64,000 nucleotides of DNA, taken from sequence record OR525698.1. The stretch is one strand, 5' to 3'. Below, one piece after another: positions 39,163 to 47,894 of the stretch (position 1 is the stretch's first letter; each line of letters opens with the position of its first letter). This stretch comes from Escherichia phage vB-Eco-KMB43. The position numbers and the translations under genes are program-made. A model generated the notes under the pieces. It was not told the DNA's origin, made no database searches, and saw only the letters and a program-made list of their open reading frames with translations.

Positions 39163-39636
39163 CTATCTTAATCTTTGTATGAATTGTTTCTTATACTTCT
39201 TCGTGATTTCTTCTCGTGTATCAGCGTCACAGTAATCGAAACCTTCTGCGTCCATAATATCAACCATCTCCGCGCGTGTCAAGCGTGAAAATCGTTTTAC
39301 TTTATCAACGGCATATTGAGGATGTAAATGATTGTTGGTGTAGTCTCCTTTGATGTAATTAACATAGTTTGTAGCCCAAACAACGAAATCAGCACCTAAA
39401 GCACCAACACCAAACCGTTTAAAGTCTCCGGTCAACGATCCTTCTAGGCGGTTGCAACACGAATGAAGCAATCCCCTTACTCGGCCTTGCCCTTTCCCAT
39501 CTAGATCATGATCATGGTCAAGATGGTTTTTGCTCATATCCTCAAAAAGTGGCAATTGACAAAGGGGGCAAATGCCCCCCTGTTTTTCGAATAGTTCTTG
39601 TTTGTACTCTTTAGCACTCTTAGCAGTCAGTAACAT
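39163..39636 (-). CDS. 49: recombination endonuclease VII
   Basis: N-terminus MLLTAKSAKEYKQ and CPLCQ...HLDHDHD match T4 endo VII; ATG at 39636 (track start is TTG). Confidence 0.85.
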   Translation of the reverse strand: MLLTAKSAKEYKQELFEKQGGICPLCQLPLFEDMSKNHLDHDHDLDGKGQGRVRGLLHSCCNRLEGSLTGDFKRFGVGALGADFVVWATNYVNYIKGDYTNNHLHPQYAVDKVKRFSRLTRAEMVDIMDAEGFDYCDADTREEITKKYKKQFIQRLR

Positions 39637-39660
39637 AAATTCACCCTCCAAAGAAGGTAT

Positions 39661-39942
39661 TTAACCATTAATCTTGTTTTTGACTACAAAGGATCGGAAC
39701 TCATCAAAACCACCGATATAATCACCGTCATAGAAAATCTGCGGCATGGTGGCAATAACTTCTACCCCTGCGCGATCCTGAATGTCGGCAATGATAGAAT
39801 CAATCTTTACCGGACGACCGTTTTCGTCTACACCATCATTAACCGGAATGTAGATGTAAGGGATCTTACGCGATTCACAAAGGCGCTTTGCATTCTGGCA
39901 ATACTTACAGTTGTAACCTTCAAAACCAAAAATTTCTACCAT
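39661..39942 (-). CDS. nrdC: glutaredoxin/thioredoxin (NrdC-like)
   Basis: CKYCQNAKRL active site and TMPQIF..G..IGGFD resemble T4 NrdC; ATG at 39942. Confidence 0.7.
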   Translation of the reverse strand: MVEIFGFEGYNCKYCQNAKRLCESRKIPYIYIPVNDGVDENGRPVKIDSIIADIQDRAGVEVIATMPQIFYDGDYIGGFDEFRSFVVKNKING

Positions 39943-39943
39943 G

Positions 39944-40699
39944 TTATACCTCATTCAGTTCTATATCAAGTTCATTTTCAATAATATAGGCATTAACTGC
40001 CCGTGCCGCATCATCTTCTGTGTCAAATCTTCCTATATACACACCGCGAACTTTAGCACCGTAATTACCTTGTTTTGGTACTTTGTAAACGTATCTATGA
40101 CGGGAACTTGCTGCTTTTTGGAGCTTCTTGCCATATTCAGACTTTGCATATTCTATATCATCAATCTCGTTTATACAAGACCTATCACCAAAATGTTTCA
40201 ACGCGGCAAGATTATATGCATACGCCGCGCCGATCTCGGAGGGAAAATATCCTAAATGTATCGACTTCCCATCCAACATTATTGCACCAGTCCAATAACC
40301 TTTATTCTTATTAAACGACACACCTTTATACTTCGAATATGTTTTGCATTTGGTCTTGCTCATATTCATATTATTTTGTTTGCGTGTCGTCTCTCTAAGG
40401 TTTTCAATGCGGCTATTATAACGATCTCGGTCTTTATGATCTATATACTTAGGACAATGACCATGAAACATATGATAGATAACACGGTGCATACGTTCGT
40501 ATCGCTCGCCAGTCCATACAATACGATACCCATCGGGGGTATCACTTCCAGCTAATCCGTTTATAACACCTTTTCGGTGCGGGTGAATCTTCCACCTAAG
40601 AAAACCATCATCATAATAAAACCGTGAATGATATAAATCATATAAACGTTTATCTTCTGGAGTCTTGTGTATAACCTCATATTTTAACATTGGTGACAT
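39944..40699 (-). CDS. HNH homing endonuclease with AP2-like DNA-binding domains
   Basis: HRVIYHMFHG...IDHKDRDRYNSRIENLR HNH motif; YKGVSF..GYW...AAYAYNLAALKHFG and YRGVY...AARAVNAY AP2-like modules. Confidence 0.75.
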   Translation of the reverse strand: MSPMLKYEVIHKTPEDKRLYDLYHSRFYYDDGFLRWKIHPHRKGVINGLAGSDTPDGYRIVWTGERYERMHRVIYHMFHGHCPKYIDHKDRDRYNSRIENLRETTRKQNNMNMSKTKCKTYSKYKGVSFNKNKGYWTGAIMLDGKSIHLGYFPSEIGAAYAYNLAALKHFGDRSCINEIDDIEYAKSEYGKKLQKAASSRHRYVYKVPKQGNYGAKVRGVYIGRFDTEDDAARAVNAYIIENELDIELNEV

Positions 40700-41492
40700 A
40701 AACTTCCTTAGTATCGGATTTTTTACCCCCGCTACGATCTAAACAATATGTTTTATCCAGTTCAACAACAGAAACATCATTACGTTCGATAAAATCGAGC
40801 AAATGGTTGTTAACTTTCCCTTTGTGGTGAGTAACATTGCTTAATCCAAACTTAGCACCGCTAGACATTAATGATTCTATCCACATGTAGAATTTAATCT
40901 CTTCTTCTTCACTCCAGAACTTATTATATTCTGCCGACGTGATCCAATATGGCGGATCAAGGAAAACGAAATCACCTGGCAAGATCTCGATCTCGTCATA
41001 GCGACCAGACGTAAAACTGATTCGACCGTCTTTGTTTTCTTCCTTAAAATTCAGGACACGCTCTACCGCGTTTTCGTTAAAAGTCCGGCGACCAAAATTA
41101 GCATTAAATTCGCCCTTCCGGTTATGGCGGTTAATGTTGCTAAAACTATGCTGAATCAACACAAACAGCGATAGCGGATCTGGATTCTCATTATACTTCT
41201 TACGGAATGCCATGTAAGCGTCTTTATCTTCGCGAGACAAACCATTTTCGGCAATAATCCGCTTGATCGTAGAAACCGGATCAGGACACTCGTCAATGGC
41301 CTTGTAAGCGTCAATTAAGCGGTGATCATAGTCATTAGCCAGCACATCCCCTTCGACGTACAGAGACACGCTCAAGCCGCCACAAAAGGCATCAACAAAG
41401 CGGTTATAGTGCTTAGGGAAATACTTACTAACACCGGGCAATAACTTTTCCTTATTGCCAGTATAGGGAATTAAACCTAATGCTTTCTTCAT
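40677..41492 (-). CDS. dam: DNA adenine methyltransferase
   Basis: 271 aa; FxGxG-like DAFCGG and catalytic DPPY motifs. Confidence 0.8.
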   Translation of the reverse strand: MKKALGLIPYTGNKEKLLPGVSKYFPKHYNRFVDAFCGGLSVSLYVEGDVLANDYDHRLIDAYKAIDECPDPVSTIKRIIAENGLSREDKDAYMAFRKKYNENPDPLSLFVLIQHSFSNINRHNRKGEFNANFGRRTFNENAVERVLNFKEENKDGRISFTSGRYDEIEILPGDFVFLDPPYWITSAEYNKFWSEEEEIKFYMWIESLMSSGAKFGLSNVTHHKGKVNNHLLDFIERNDVSVVELDKTYCLDRSGGKKSDTKEVYVTNVKI

Positions 41493-41923
41493 TATCCCTT
41501 CCTCAAATAAGTTCGCTCAATCTCTACCAGTTCGAAAAATTCATTCCAATCACACGGAAAATTGCAGTTTCCAAAATGGTCTTCGTTATAGAGTTCTTTA
41601 CCGGATGGCAGCTTAATATCTGTTACAGTATACCAACCGCAACAATCGCAATCACCCTCAGCAACAGAAACCTTCGTAGGAATTTGCATCATTGCTAGAT
41701 AGGTCGGTACGTCAGACTGTTCAAAGATCATGTAACCTTCATGGTCAAACGAGACAAAATTGTCATCACCCAAAAAAGGAATGTAATGGTCATAATCGGT
41801 TACAGGTTGACCGTGCAATTCCCATTCTACAATTTTAACATTACCACTAAACTTTATACCCATAATTTCAACAAGAAAATGAGTATCGTCAATGTAAATC
41901 TTACTAGGAGTTGGATAAACCAT
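41492..41923 (-). CDS. hypothetical protein (143 aa)
   Basis: ORF; Cys-rich segment GDCDCCGW. Confidence 0.4.
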   Translation of the reverse strand: MVYPTPSKIYIDDTHFLVEIMGIKFSGNVKIVEWELHGQPVTDYDHYIPFLGDDNFVSFDHEGYMIFEQSDVPTYLAMMQIPTKVSVAEGDCDCCGWYTVTDIKLPSGKELYNEDHFGNCNFPCDWNEFFELVEIERTYLRKG

Positions 41924-41933
41924 TATATAATCC

Positions 41934-42230
41934 TCATATCTCAGAGAATAGAATCTCTGTTAGCTTCACTGACTGCTCTCTGAATGTTAGCGTATACTCG
42001 AAAGGAAAGTCAACACCCAACTTCAAAAGAGAATAGCCTACCGCCTCTTTATGCTTATCGGTTAGGGCGATCCTAACCAATTCCCGTTGAATCTCTTTAG
42101 GCGGTGAATGGATAGTAACACGGGTATCATGCAATGTCCAGTCACCATTACGAATTAAGATTAACGGTTTATCGTCATTGAAGATCACCGACCCCTTTCC
42201 GGTCGGTGAGTGTTTTATACTAATCATCAA
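41934..42230 (-). CDS. hypothetical protein (98 aa)
   Basis: small ORF in accessory array. Confidence 0.35.
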   Translation of the reverse strand: MMISIKHSPTGKGSVIFNDDKPLILIRNGDWTLHDTRVTIHSPPKEIQRELVRIALTDKHKEAVGYSLLKLGVDFPFEYTLTFREQSVKLTEILFSEI

Positions 42231-42441
42231 ATTCTAAGAAATATTCTGGAACGATATAACCGTTAAAGTCATTACACTTATAAAAATGTGGTGCATTTAA
42301 TGCTGGATGAGCATTAGTAAAGAGTTTACCCTCTAGAAACAGAATGTAATTAATAGGTCTAATACCGACAGAATCAGGGTCTAAACCTTTTTCTTTCAGT
42401 TCAGCCAGCGTTAAAACTCGTCCAGATCGTAACTTAGCCAT
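42220..42441 (-). CDS. hypothetical protein (73 aa)
   Basis: small ORF in accessory array. Confidence 0.3.
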   Translation of the reverse strand: MAKLRSGRVLTLAELKEKGLDPDSVGIRPINYILFLEGKLFTNAHPALNAPHFYKCNDFNGYIVPEYFLEFDD

Positions 42442-42727
42442 GATTTACCCCTAATTCATCAAGATTATGTCGCAGCATTTCAGAGTATTTTTCTACTTCC
42501 TTGATCTTAGTGTGGATCTCCACGATCTCATCTTCACTATCAGAAAGTTTAATGGCAATAGCGAGCGTGCTTTTACCCGCTTTCACAGTCTCTTTCAGTT
42601 CAGCCAACAGGTCAGCGTGTTTCAATAGTAATTCTTCACGTCGAACATAAGCGACGGTCAAAGCCTCATCAGCAATTTCTAAAGCGTTTTCAGCGACACC
42701 AACAACCATTTTACGAGTAGACAGCAT
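42434..42727 (-). CDS. hypothetical protein (97 aa)
   Basis: small ORF in accessory array. Confidence 0.35.
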   Translation of the reverse strand: MLSTRKMVVGVAENALEIADEALTVAYVRREELLLKHADLLAELKETVKAGKSTLAIAIKLSDSEDEIVEIHTKIKEVEKYSEMLRHNLDELGVNHG

Positions 42728-42741
42728 AAATTCACCTCACA

Positions 42742-43050
42742 TTATTTCACGTTAACGCCGTCATCAATCCAGCCGACGCTATTTGGTTTAACAGTTTTAC
42801 CATAGGATGCATACTTAATCAAGCATGGTTTAACATCATTATCAAATCTTCCTAAACGTACTCCCAAATCAGGAATATCCATGTATGCGGCTTTATATCC
42901 CCATGTGCCATATTCAGAATCAATCTCAACCGGACGGCCTTTAAAAGCATACACTACACCGTGACGGTCAACGATAACATAACAATAACCAGCCGGAAGA
43001 TACACAGTTTCGCCGTAAACTTTAACTGGAGTAGCAGAAGAGATAAACAT
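42742..43050 (-). CDS. hypothetical protein (102 aa)
   Basis: ORF with promoter-hairpin cassette upstream. Confidence 0.35.
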   Translation of the reverse strand: MFISSATPVKVYGETVYLPAGYCYVIVDRHGVVYAFKGRPVEIDSEYGTWGYKAAYMDIPDLGVRLGRFDNDVKPCLIKYASYGKTVKPNSVGWIDDGVNVK

Positions 43051-43084
43051 AATATAATCCTCACATCGTTCATTTGATGCGGCT

Positions 43085-43113
43085 ATTATAGATTAACCGC
43101 ATTTTCATGTCAA
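43085..43113 (-). promoter_or_regulatory. promoter-hairpin cassette (TTGACA, 17 nt, TATAAT in hairpin loop)
   Basis: stem GCGGTTA/TAGCCGC. Confidence 0.5.
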
Positions 43114-43120
43114 ACAGTTT

Positions 43121-43495
43121 TTAAAAATCTTCTTCCGGTTTATATCGACCGTCATCGACTGGTTTTGGACTGAATCCTTTATGCGTGCGCGGCTTCGCTT
43201 CCGGTTTACCAGCAATCATCAAACCAAAACATTTCAGCCCCTTATAACACATAACAATATCAACCACGGTCCACGTTATAGGCCATAAGATTGCAGCAAT
43301 ACAAAATGCTCCTGTATCGACCTCTTTGGTGTCCTTGTCGAATCTGGCGTACAAGCAGAATACTAGATACGAGATCATTGCACCAGTAGTCCAGATATAA
43401 AGCACATTAACAATATCTTGTGTTGTCACATTATCCTCCTTACATGTCTTGCAGTGCATAAAAGCATTTTTCTTCGTAGTCATAGAAAATGTCAA
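43121..43495 (-). CDS. membrane protein (124 aa)
   Basis: two or three hydrophobic helices; start uncertain because of overlap with upstream ORF. Confidence 0.35.
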   Translation of the reverse strand: MTFSMTTKKNAFMHCKTCKEDNVTTQDIVNVLYIWTTGAMISYLVFCLYARFDKDTKEVDTGAFCIAAILWPITWTVVDIVMCYKGLKCFGLMIAGKPEAKPRTHKGFSPKPVDDGRYKPEEDF

Positions 43496-43718
43496 AGTAT
43501 GCTTTTTCTACATACTCACCATTGATCCAAGCGGCAGTAACAATCAGAGTGGTCCAGTTAGATCCGCTCTCAACGGTAAAGGTTTTAATACCCAGCTTCA
43601 CAGCAAGGTCACGAGCAAACTGGTCACAACCACGGCAGGAAGTGATATTGGAAGTTTTGATTTTAAAGCCACCGCGAGTTTTAGAAATTTCTACTTTAGC
43701 GAAAGACAGGTTGCTCAT
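43440..43718 (-). CDS. hypothetical protein (about 92 aa)
   Basis: ATG at 43718 after AGGAGAATCAAA RBS; track ORF extends through the promoter. Confidence 0.4.
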   Translation of the reverse strand: MSNLSFAKVEISKTRGGFKIKTSNITSCRGCDQFARDLAVKLGIKTFTVESGSNWTTLIVTAAWINGEYVEKAYFDIFYDYEEKCFYALQDM

Positions 43719-43760
43719 TTTGATTCTCCTTAAGAAAGTGTGTTTCGTTTTGATGTGTGT

Positions 43761-43789
43761 AGTATAGGGGATCACCGATCCCCTGTCAA
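43761..43789 (-). promoter_or_regulatory. promoter-hairpin cassette (TTGACA, hairpin GGGGATCGGTGATCCCC as spacer, TATACT)
   Basis: 17 nt palindrome exactly fills the spacer. Confidence 0.5.
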
Positions 43790-43806
43790 CAACTTTTTTT
43801 ATGATT

Positions 43807-44127
43807 TTAGTGAATTAACTCTACACCAAAATGAGGCACAGAGAACGCCTTACGAAACACATATTCATCATGTTTAGGAATCGCGCCTAACCTCTCTATT
43901 TCGCTCGCTAACACGATAAACTGTTTATCTGGTGCATATGCCTTGTGTGCTTCAACAACGCACGGAAAACGCGTTTTAGAGAGTTCTGGATAGTTTTCTG
44001 AATCCAGAAGGACAATGAATACCCTGTTACATTGATTGTAGAATCCTGTTTTTGATTTCATCAAGTTTTCTTCTCTGTACAATTCGTGCAATCTTCCTTT
44101 CATGATTTCGTTGGTTCTTGTCTTCAC
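43807..44127 (-). CDS. hypothetical protein (up to 106 aa)
   Basis: ORF; 5' part overlaps the next ORF, true start probably internal. Confidence 0.3.
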   Translation of the reverse strand: MKTRTNEIMKGRLHELYREENLMKSKTGFYNQCNRVFIVLLDSENYPELSKTRFPCVVEAHKAYAPDKQFIVLASEIERLGAIPKHDEYVFRKAFSVPHFGVELIH

Positions 44128-44368
44128 AGTTTACCCACTCAACAAGATCTTTACCTAACTCGAAAGCCCATTCTCGGTCTTGCTTTACATTTTGTAGGTA
44201 TGGACTTTCCGACACTCGACGAAGTGATCTTGTCGTAACAAGAATGATCCCAGGAATGTTCGGATGTTCCTTTCCATATACAATAGGACGCGAGTCACTA
44301 TCAATACCCTGTAAGAAGGTGTATCCTGAATCACTTAGGATCATATACATTTTCATTTCATACATCAC
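44027..44368 (-). CDS. hypothetical protein (113 aa)
   Basis: ORF in accessory array. Confidence 0.35.
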   Translation of the reverse strand: MMYEMKMYMILSDSGYTFLQGIDSDSRPIVYGKEHPNIPGIILVTTRSLRRVSESPYLQNVKQDREWAFELGKDLVEWVNCEDKNQRNHERKIARIVQRRKLDEIKNRILQSM

Positions 44369-44622
44369 AGTTTCCTCAACCAGTTATTAAAGCGAGTAAA
44401 CCATGATGCTTTTCGTGCTTCTTTTACTTTATATGCACGCAAACCACTGAAACACCATTCATAATCATCACTGAAACATGATTCAACAGGAACACCCGCA
44501 TTTCGTAGTTCTCTGGTCTTTATCATGAATCCTTGACATAAGGGGCGACCTTCAACAATGATAGGAAGTTTAACTTTTTCCATGAAAGTATACCCAGCAC
44601 GGTCAATAATTTCAATCTTCAT
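44365..44622 (-). CDS. paralog family B member (85 aa)
   Basis: MKIEI...F.FM..V.LPI.VEG...AGV.V....YEWCF.G shared with 44633-44845. Confidence 0.4.
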   Translation of the reverse strand: MKIEIIDRAGYTFMEKVKLPIIVEGRPLCQGFMIKTRELRNAGVPVESCFSDDYEWCFSGLRAYKVKEARKASWFTRFNNWLRKL

Positions 44623-44632
44623 AATATAATCC

Positions 44633-44845
44633 TCAATTAGTTATAGCGCGTGCTTCGTTGCCAGTAAAGCACCATTCATACTTACGATTATGAATACCTG
44701 AAACAGATACACCAGCTTTGATCAATTCTCCAGTTGCCACAAGAAACGATCCGCCAAACTTCTTACCTTCTACAACAATTGGTAATTCAACACCTTTCAT
44801 AAAGCTAAATGCAATATCTTCTAAAGTAAAAATTTCAATTTTCAT
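44633..44845 (-). CDS. paralog family B member (70 aa)
   Basis: MKIEIFTLEDIAFSFMKGVELPIVVEG...KAGVSVSG...YEWCFTG. Confidence 0.4.
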   Translation of the reverse strand: MKIEIFTLEDIAFSFMKGVELPIVVEGKKFGGSFLVATGELIKAGVSVSGIHNRKYEWCFTGNEARAITN

Positions 44846-45089
44846 TTACATTATCTCCATAGATCTTTCCAGCAATATCAATTTCACCAGCGCGAACATC
44901 TAGGATAAGATGCGGTAGGTGAATGCAGTTTTCCCACCCTACGCGCTTCATTTCTGAAACAGTGACGTAAGCCCATCCGTTCGCTGTAATAAAGTCTACT
45001 TCAACCTTGAGAGGAAAGCAAGACTTTTCTATGTTTTCAAATCCGATAATGTGTTTTGTCGTTGAATATGGAATATATCCGGTGATCAT
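44835..45089 (-). CDS. hypothetical protein (84 aa)
   Basis: small ORF. Confidence 0.3.
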   Translation of the reverse strand: MITGYIPYSTTKHIIGFENIEKSCFPLKVEVDFITANGWAYVTVSEMKRVGWENCIHLPHLILDVRAGEIDIAGKIYGDNVNEN

Positions 45090-45547
45090 TTTGTGATCTC
45101 CTTATACTCAACACACCATAAGCGGGTAGCCCATGATAAACGCTCATAACGCTGGCAGAAATCGGACCATAGATATTGTGTACCGTCTTGCATGGTTGAA
45201 ATATGCGTTTTCTCACCTACTTTCACGAAAGAAGTATTCGATTTTGTGATCTCGACCGGAGTATATCCGAAAGCTGGTTCCAAGTCAACATCTGAACTAA
45301 ATGCTAATTTAACAGAATTTGTTTTTCTGACCGCTGTCCGGTTTCCTTCTGGGTATAGCACAGCAGGTTTAGCGCCTAAGCGGATAAACTCAGTGTTTTT
45401 AATAAACAGAATATCATGATAACCGTCATATTCCGACACTTCCATAGTAACAGGAAAATCGACAGGTTCTAAACCTGGTAGATCTCGCATATCATGAAAG
45501 GTCGCCATCAACTTTTTCATTCTATATTCCTCACTCTTCTGTTTCAT
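45086..45547 (-). CDS. hypothetical protein (153 aa)
   Basis: ORF in accessory array. Confidence 0.4.
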   Translation of the reverse strand: MKQKSEEYRMKKLMATFHDMRDLPGLEPVDFPVTMEVSEYDGYHDILFIKNTEFIRLGAKPAVLYPEGNRTAVRKTNSVKLAFSSDVDLEPAFGYTPVEITKSNTSFVKVGEKTHISTMQDGTQYLWSDFCQRYERLSWATRLWCVEYKEITK

Positions 45548-45767
45548 TTCTTTTATATGGTACTATAACAGGATTAATACAGCAAGCACCAATTACGTTA
45601 TGAGCACCACAATTTAAGCATTTATAATCATGGAACTTATTAAGGAATCGCCCGAACTCATAACCGACCAACGCCGAGTGTACTTGAGTCTCGATCTCAT
45701 CCATATCAGCCAATGTTTTAACCTTCATAATATAATCCTCAAATACTGGTTTTGCGAAGATGGTCAT
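45531..45767 (-). CDS. hypothetical Cys-rich protein (78 aa)
   Basis: CLNCGAHNVIGACC cluster. Confidence 0.3.
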   Translation of the reverse strand: MTIFAKPVFEDYIMKVKTLADMDEIETQVHSALVGYEFGRFLNKFHDYKCLNCGAHNVIGACCINPVIVPYKRNETEE

Positions 45768-46029
45768 TACATGCTTTTAATGCATCAGTCGCGGTGTCAT
45801 AGCGAGTATTATCATAGCACCAATAACCATCTGTCAACTGATAAATTAATCCATCCTTTTTAGCGTCGATGAAAGACAATTCTTTGAAAGTTTCTACTTT
45901 CTTTGCTGATACTCCACGGTCACGGCGTTTATAGAGTTTAGCTAAAACGCGTTCAGCTTGTTCCTCTTTATCGCCAGACAGATCCCAGATGACGTTTCTG
46001 ATATGCTTGATTAATTGTTCAGTGGTCAT
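45739..46029 (-). CDS. hypothetical protein (96 aa)
   Basis: ORF preceded by promoter-hairpin cassette. Confidence 0.35.
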   Translation of the reverse strand: MTTEQLIKHIRNVIWDLSGDKEEQAERVLAKLYKRRDRGVSAKKVETFKELSFIDAKKDGLIYQLTDGYWCYDNTRYDTATDALKACNDHLRKTSI

Positions 46030-46059
46030 ATTTGATTCTCCTTAGTTGGTATGGTTATC

Positions 46060-46088
46060 ATTATACGGGGATTTCTCCCCGTGTCAAC
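46060..46088 (-). promoter_or_regulatory. promoter-hairpin cassette (TTGACA, hairpin CGGGGAGAAATCCCCG, TATAAT)
   Basis: same hairpin as at 25905-25920. Confidence 0.55.
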
Positions 46089-46090
46089 AA

Positions 46091-46312
46091 TTAAATGATC
46101 TCTGCTTCACCGTTAAGGAAGAAAGACCATGTTTTGTTAGGATAGCGAAGCGCCCATGATTCAGCAGTTTTAACACCAGCTTCAAACAATTGACGGCTGG
46201 TTACTTTAGCCATACCATCTTCGATGGCAACGTTTTCAATAATCATCGGGTACTTAGCGCCACGCATGAAACCGAAGCCAGCGGAAGATTTGATAATTTT
46301 AACAGTTGCCAT
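46091..46312 (-). CDS. hypothetical protein (73 aa), distantly family B-like
   Basis: AGFGFMRGAKYPMIIEN...EAGVK pattern; GGAGAATCAAAA RBS. Confidence 0.35.
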   Translation of the reverse strand: MATVKIIKSSAGFGFMRGAKYPMIIENVAIEDGMAKVTSRQLFEAGVKTAESWALRYPNKTWSFFLNGEAEII

Positions 46313-46353
46313 TTTTGATTCTCCTAGAAAGTGTATCTCGTTTCGATGTGTGT

Positions 46354-46382
46354 ATTATGCAATAACACAGGATCGCTGTCAA
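46354..46382 (-). promoter_or_regulatory. early promoter (TTGACA, 17 nt, CATAAT) with conserved downstream block
   Basis: conserved TATAGCATAAT...CATCGAAACGA block. Confidence 0.45.
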
Positions 46383-46400
46383 CACTTTCTAAGAAAAATT

Positions 46401-46685
46401 TTAAACTAATCGAATGTAGCCCAGAATTTCAGCACCTTTAGCCAGACCTAAAACTTCCCATTCAAGGTCGCCGTAGTCATAATTTGCAACCATCAACTGA
46501 CCATTTTTCATGCAGCAATCATGAGAGAAAATTTGCCCCGCATAAACTACGATAGTAATAAACTTTCCTGATTCTGGCGGTGTGGAAGACAAAGCGACCA
46601 TATGACCATTCAGCTTAGTCACCAGTGATGGAACAATAAAATTCGGGCTTACCTGAATACCGTTAAATTCGTTTGTGTCTTTCAT
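46401..46685 (-). CDS. hypothetical protein (94 aa)
   Basis: small ORF. Confidence 0.35.
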   Translation of the reverse strand: MKDTNEFNGIQVSPNFIVPSLVTKLNGHMVALSSTPPESGKFITIVVYAGQIFSHDCCMKNGQLMVANYDYGDLEWEVLGLAKGAEILGYIRLV

Positions 46686-47032
46686 GCCATACCCCTTAAA
46701 ACACTAATAGCATAATCATGCTGGTTATTCATAATATCAATTGCATTGTGATAACGAGCTAAACCATCAAGGATAAATTCTTGTTTATCCTGTTTCAGTT
46801 TGGTATCACGCGCAGCCATAAGAGCATCAAGAACAGGTCCAAAGTGATTATCTAATTCATCTTCGGTTGCAATATTTCCTATTGCCTCGTCGATCCGTGA
46901 TTCTAATGCTTGCTTTTCGTTGATCACTTGCTGGGTATATTCCAACACATCAAGAATATCGCGGGTAACGTCGCCATGATAAGGTATTCCCGCATGAAGA
47001 TGATCAATTAATCGCTGAATATCAATGTTCAT
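46682..47032 (-). CDS. hypothetical protein (116 aa)
   Basis: ORF overlapping neighbours by 4 nt. Confidence 0.35.
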   Translation of the reverse strand: MNIDIQRLIDHLHAGIPYHGDVTRDILDVLEYTQQVINEKQALESRIDEAIGNIATEDELDNHFGPVLDALMAARDTKLKQDKQEFILDGLARYHNAIDIMNNQHDYAISVLRGMA

Positions 47033-47367
47033 TTGTAACCCTCCTCTGAAAGCACATCCCAGATCGTTGAGTCAAGGTGCATTAAATTCCACATAATAGA
47101 GTCATAACTACCGAAGCCAGAAGTAAAAATTACATCACACTGGCGATATGTCTTATGAAAATCGGTGGCTGTCTCTGCATCAATCGGCATATCGTCACCT
47201 GAAAGCACCAGACATTTAAGAATCATAACTCTGTTAGCCGTTGGCGCTTGCTTAGTCTTTTCAGCATATTTTTCGATGATCCGTTTTGCCTTTTCTTCTT
47301 TGATACGTCCAGACCAAATCCGGTTTCGGTATTGATTCATAATAATTTCAATCACATCATTTTGCAT
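47029..47367 (-). CDS. hypothetical protein (112 aa)
   Basis: ORF in accessory array. Confidence 0.35.
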   Translation of the reverse strand: MQNDVIEIIMNQYRNRIWSGRIKEEKAKRIIEKYAEKTKQAPTANRVMILKCLVLSGDDMPIDAETATDFHKTYRQCDVIFTSGFGSYDSIMWNLMHLDSTIWDVLSEEGYK

Positions 47368-47566
47368 TCTTCACGGTCTCCATAATTGTTTTGTAAGCCA
47401 GTTTAAGATGATCACCGAAAAACTTTGCGGTGTTACCCTTCGGATCGCGGAGCATGGTTTCTACGATCTCATCGGCAGTAACAATTTCTCCTTTCTTTGC
47501 TGCATGTTCTACCATATACTTCAAAGTTTCTTCGGAAGCAAGTGCTGCCGCTACTGGATTAATCAT
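47357..47566 (-). CDS. hypothetical protein (69 aa)
   Basis: ORF with AGGAGAATCAAAA RBS and promoter cassette upstream. Confidence 0.35.
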   Translation of the reverse strand: MINPVAAALASEETLKYMVEHAAKKGEIVTADEIVETMLRDPKGNTAKFFGDHLKLAYKTIMETVKNAK

Positions 47567-47596
47567 TTTTGATTCTCCTTTGTTGTCGATGTGTGC

Positions 47597-47625
47597 ATTA
47601 TGCTATACCCTATTCCGGTTGTCAA
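47597..47625 (-). promoter_or_regulatory. early promoter (TTGACA, 17 nt, CATAAT)
   Basis: directly downstream of terminator 47627-47662. Confidence 0.5.
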
Positions 47626-47626
47626 C

Positions 47627-47662
47627 ACCTAAAAACGAAAAAGCCACCCTTTCGGATGGCTT
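47627..47662 (-). terminator. rho-independent terminator
   Basis: AGCCATCC-GAAA-GGGTGGCT hairpin then TTTTTCGTTTTT. Confidence 0.6.
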
Positions 47663-47894
47663 TTGATTATATTTTATTCACGTCCATTTGTATAGTAGTG
47701 TTTGAATCGACCTTTGCTAAACTAGTTAAACATAGTAACCAATTCACCATCCCTTTCCAATGATAACCCTTCCTCGTCTTAGACGGGTCTTCCGATTCGG
47801 CAGTAATTGAACACGCGAAAGTATGAGGAAGCCAAATAGTTGTCTTAATGCTAGTATTCTTTTACTTCTGGTATGCATCCCACGGTGACTAACA

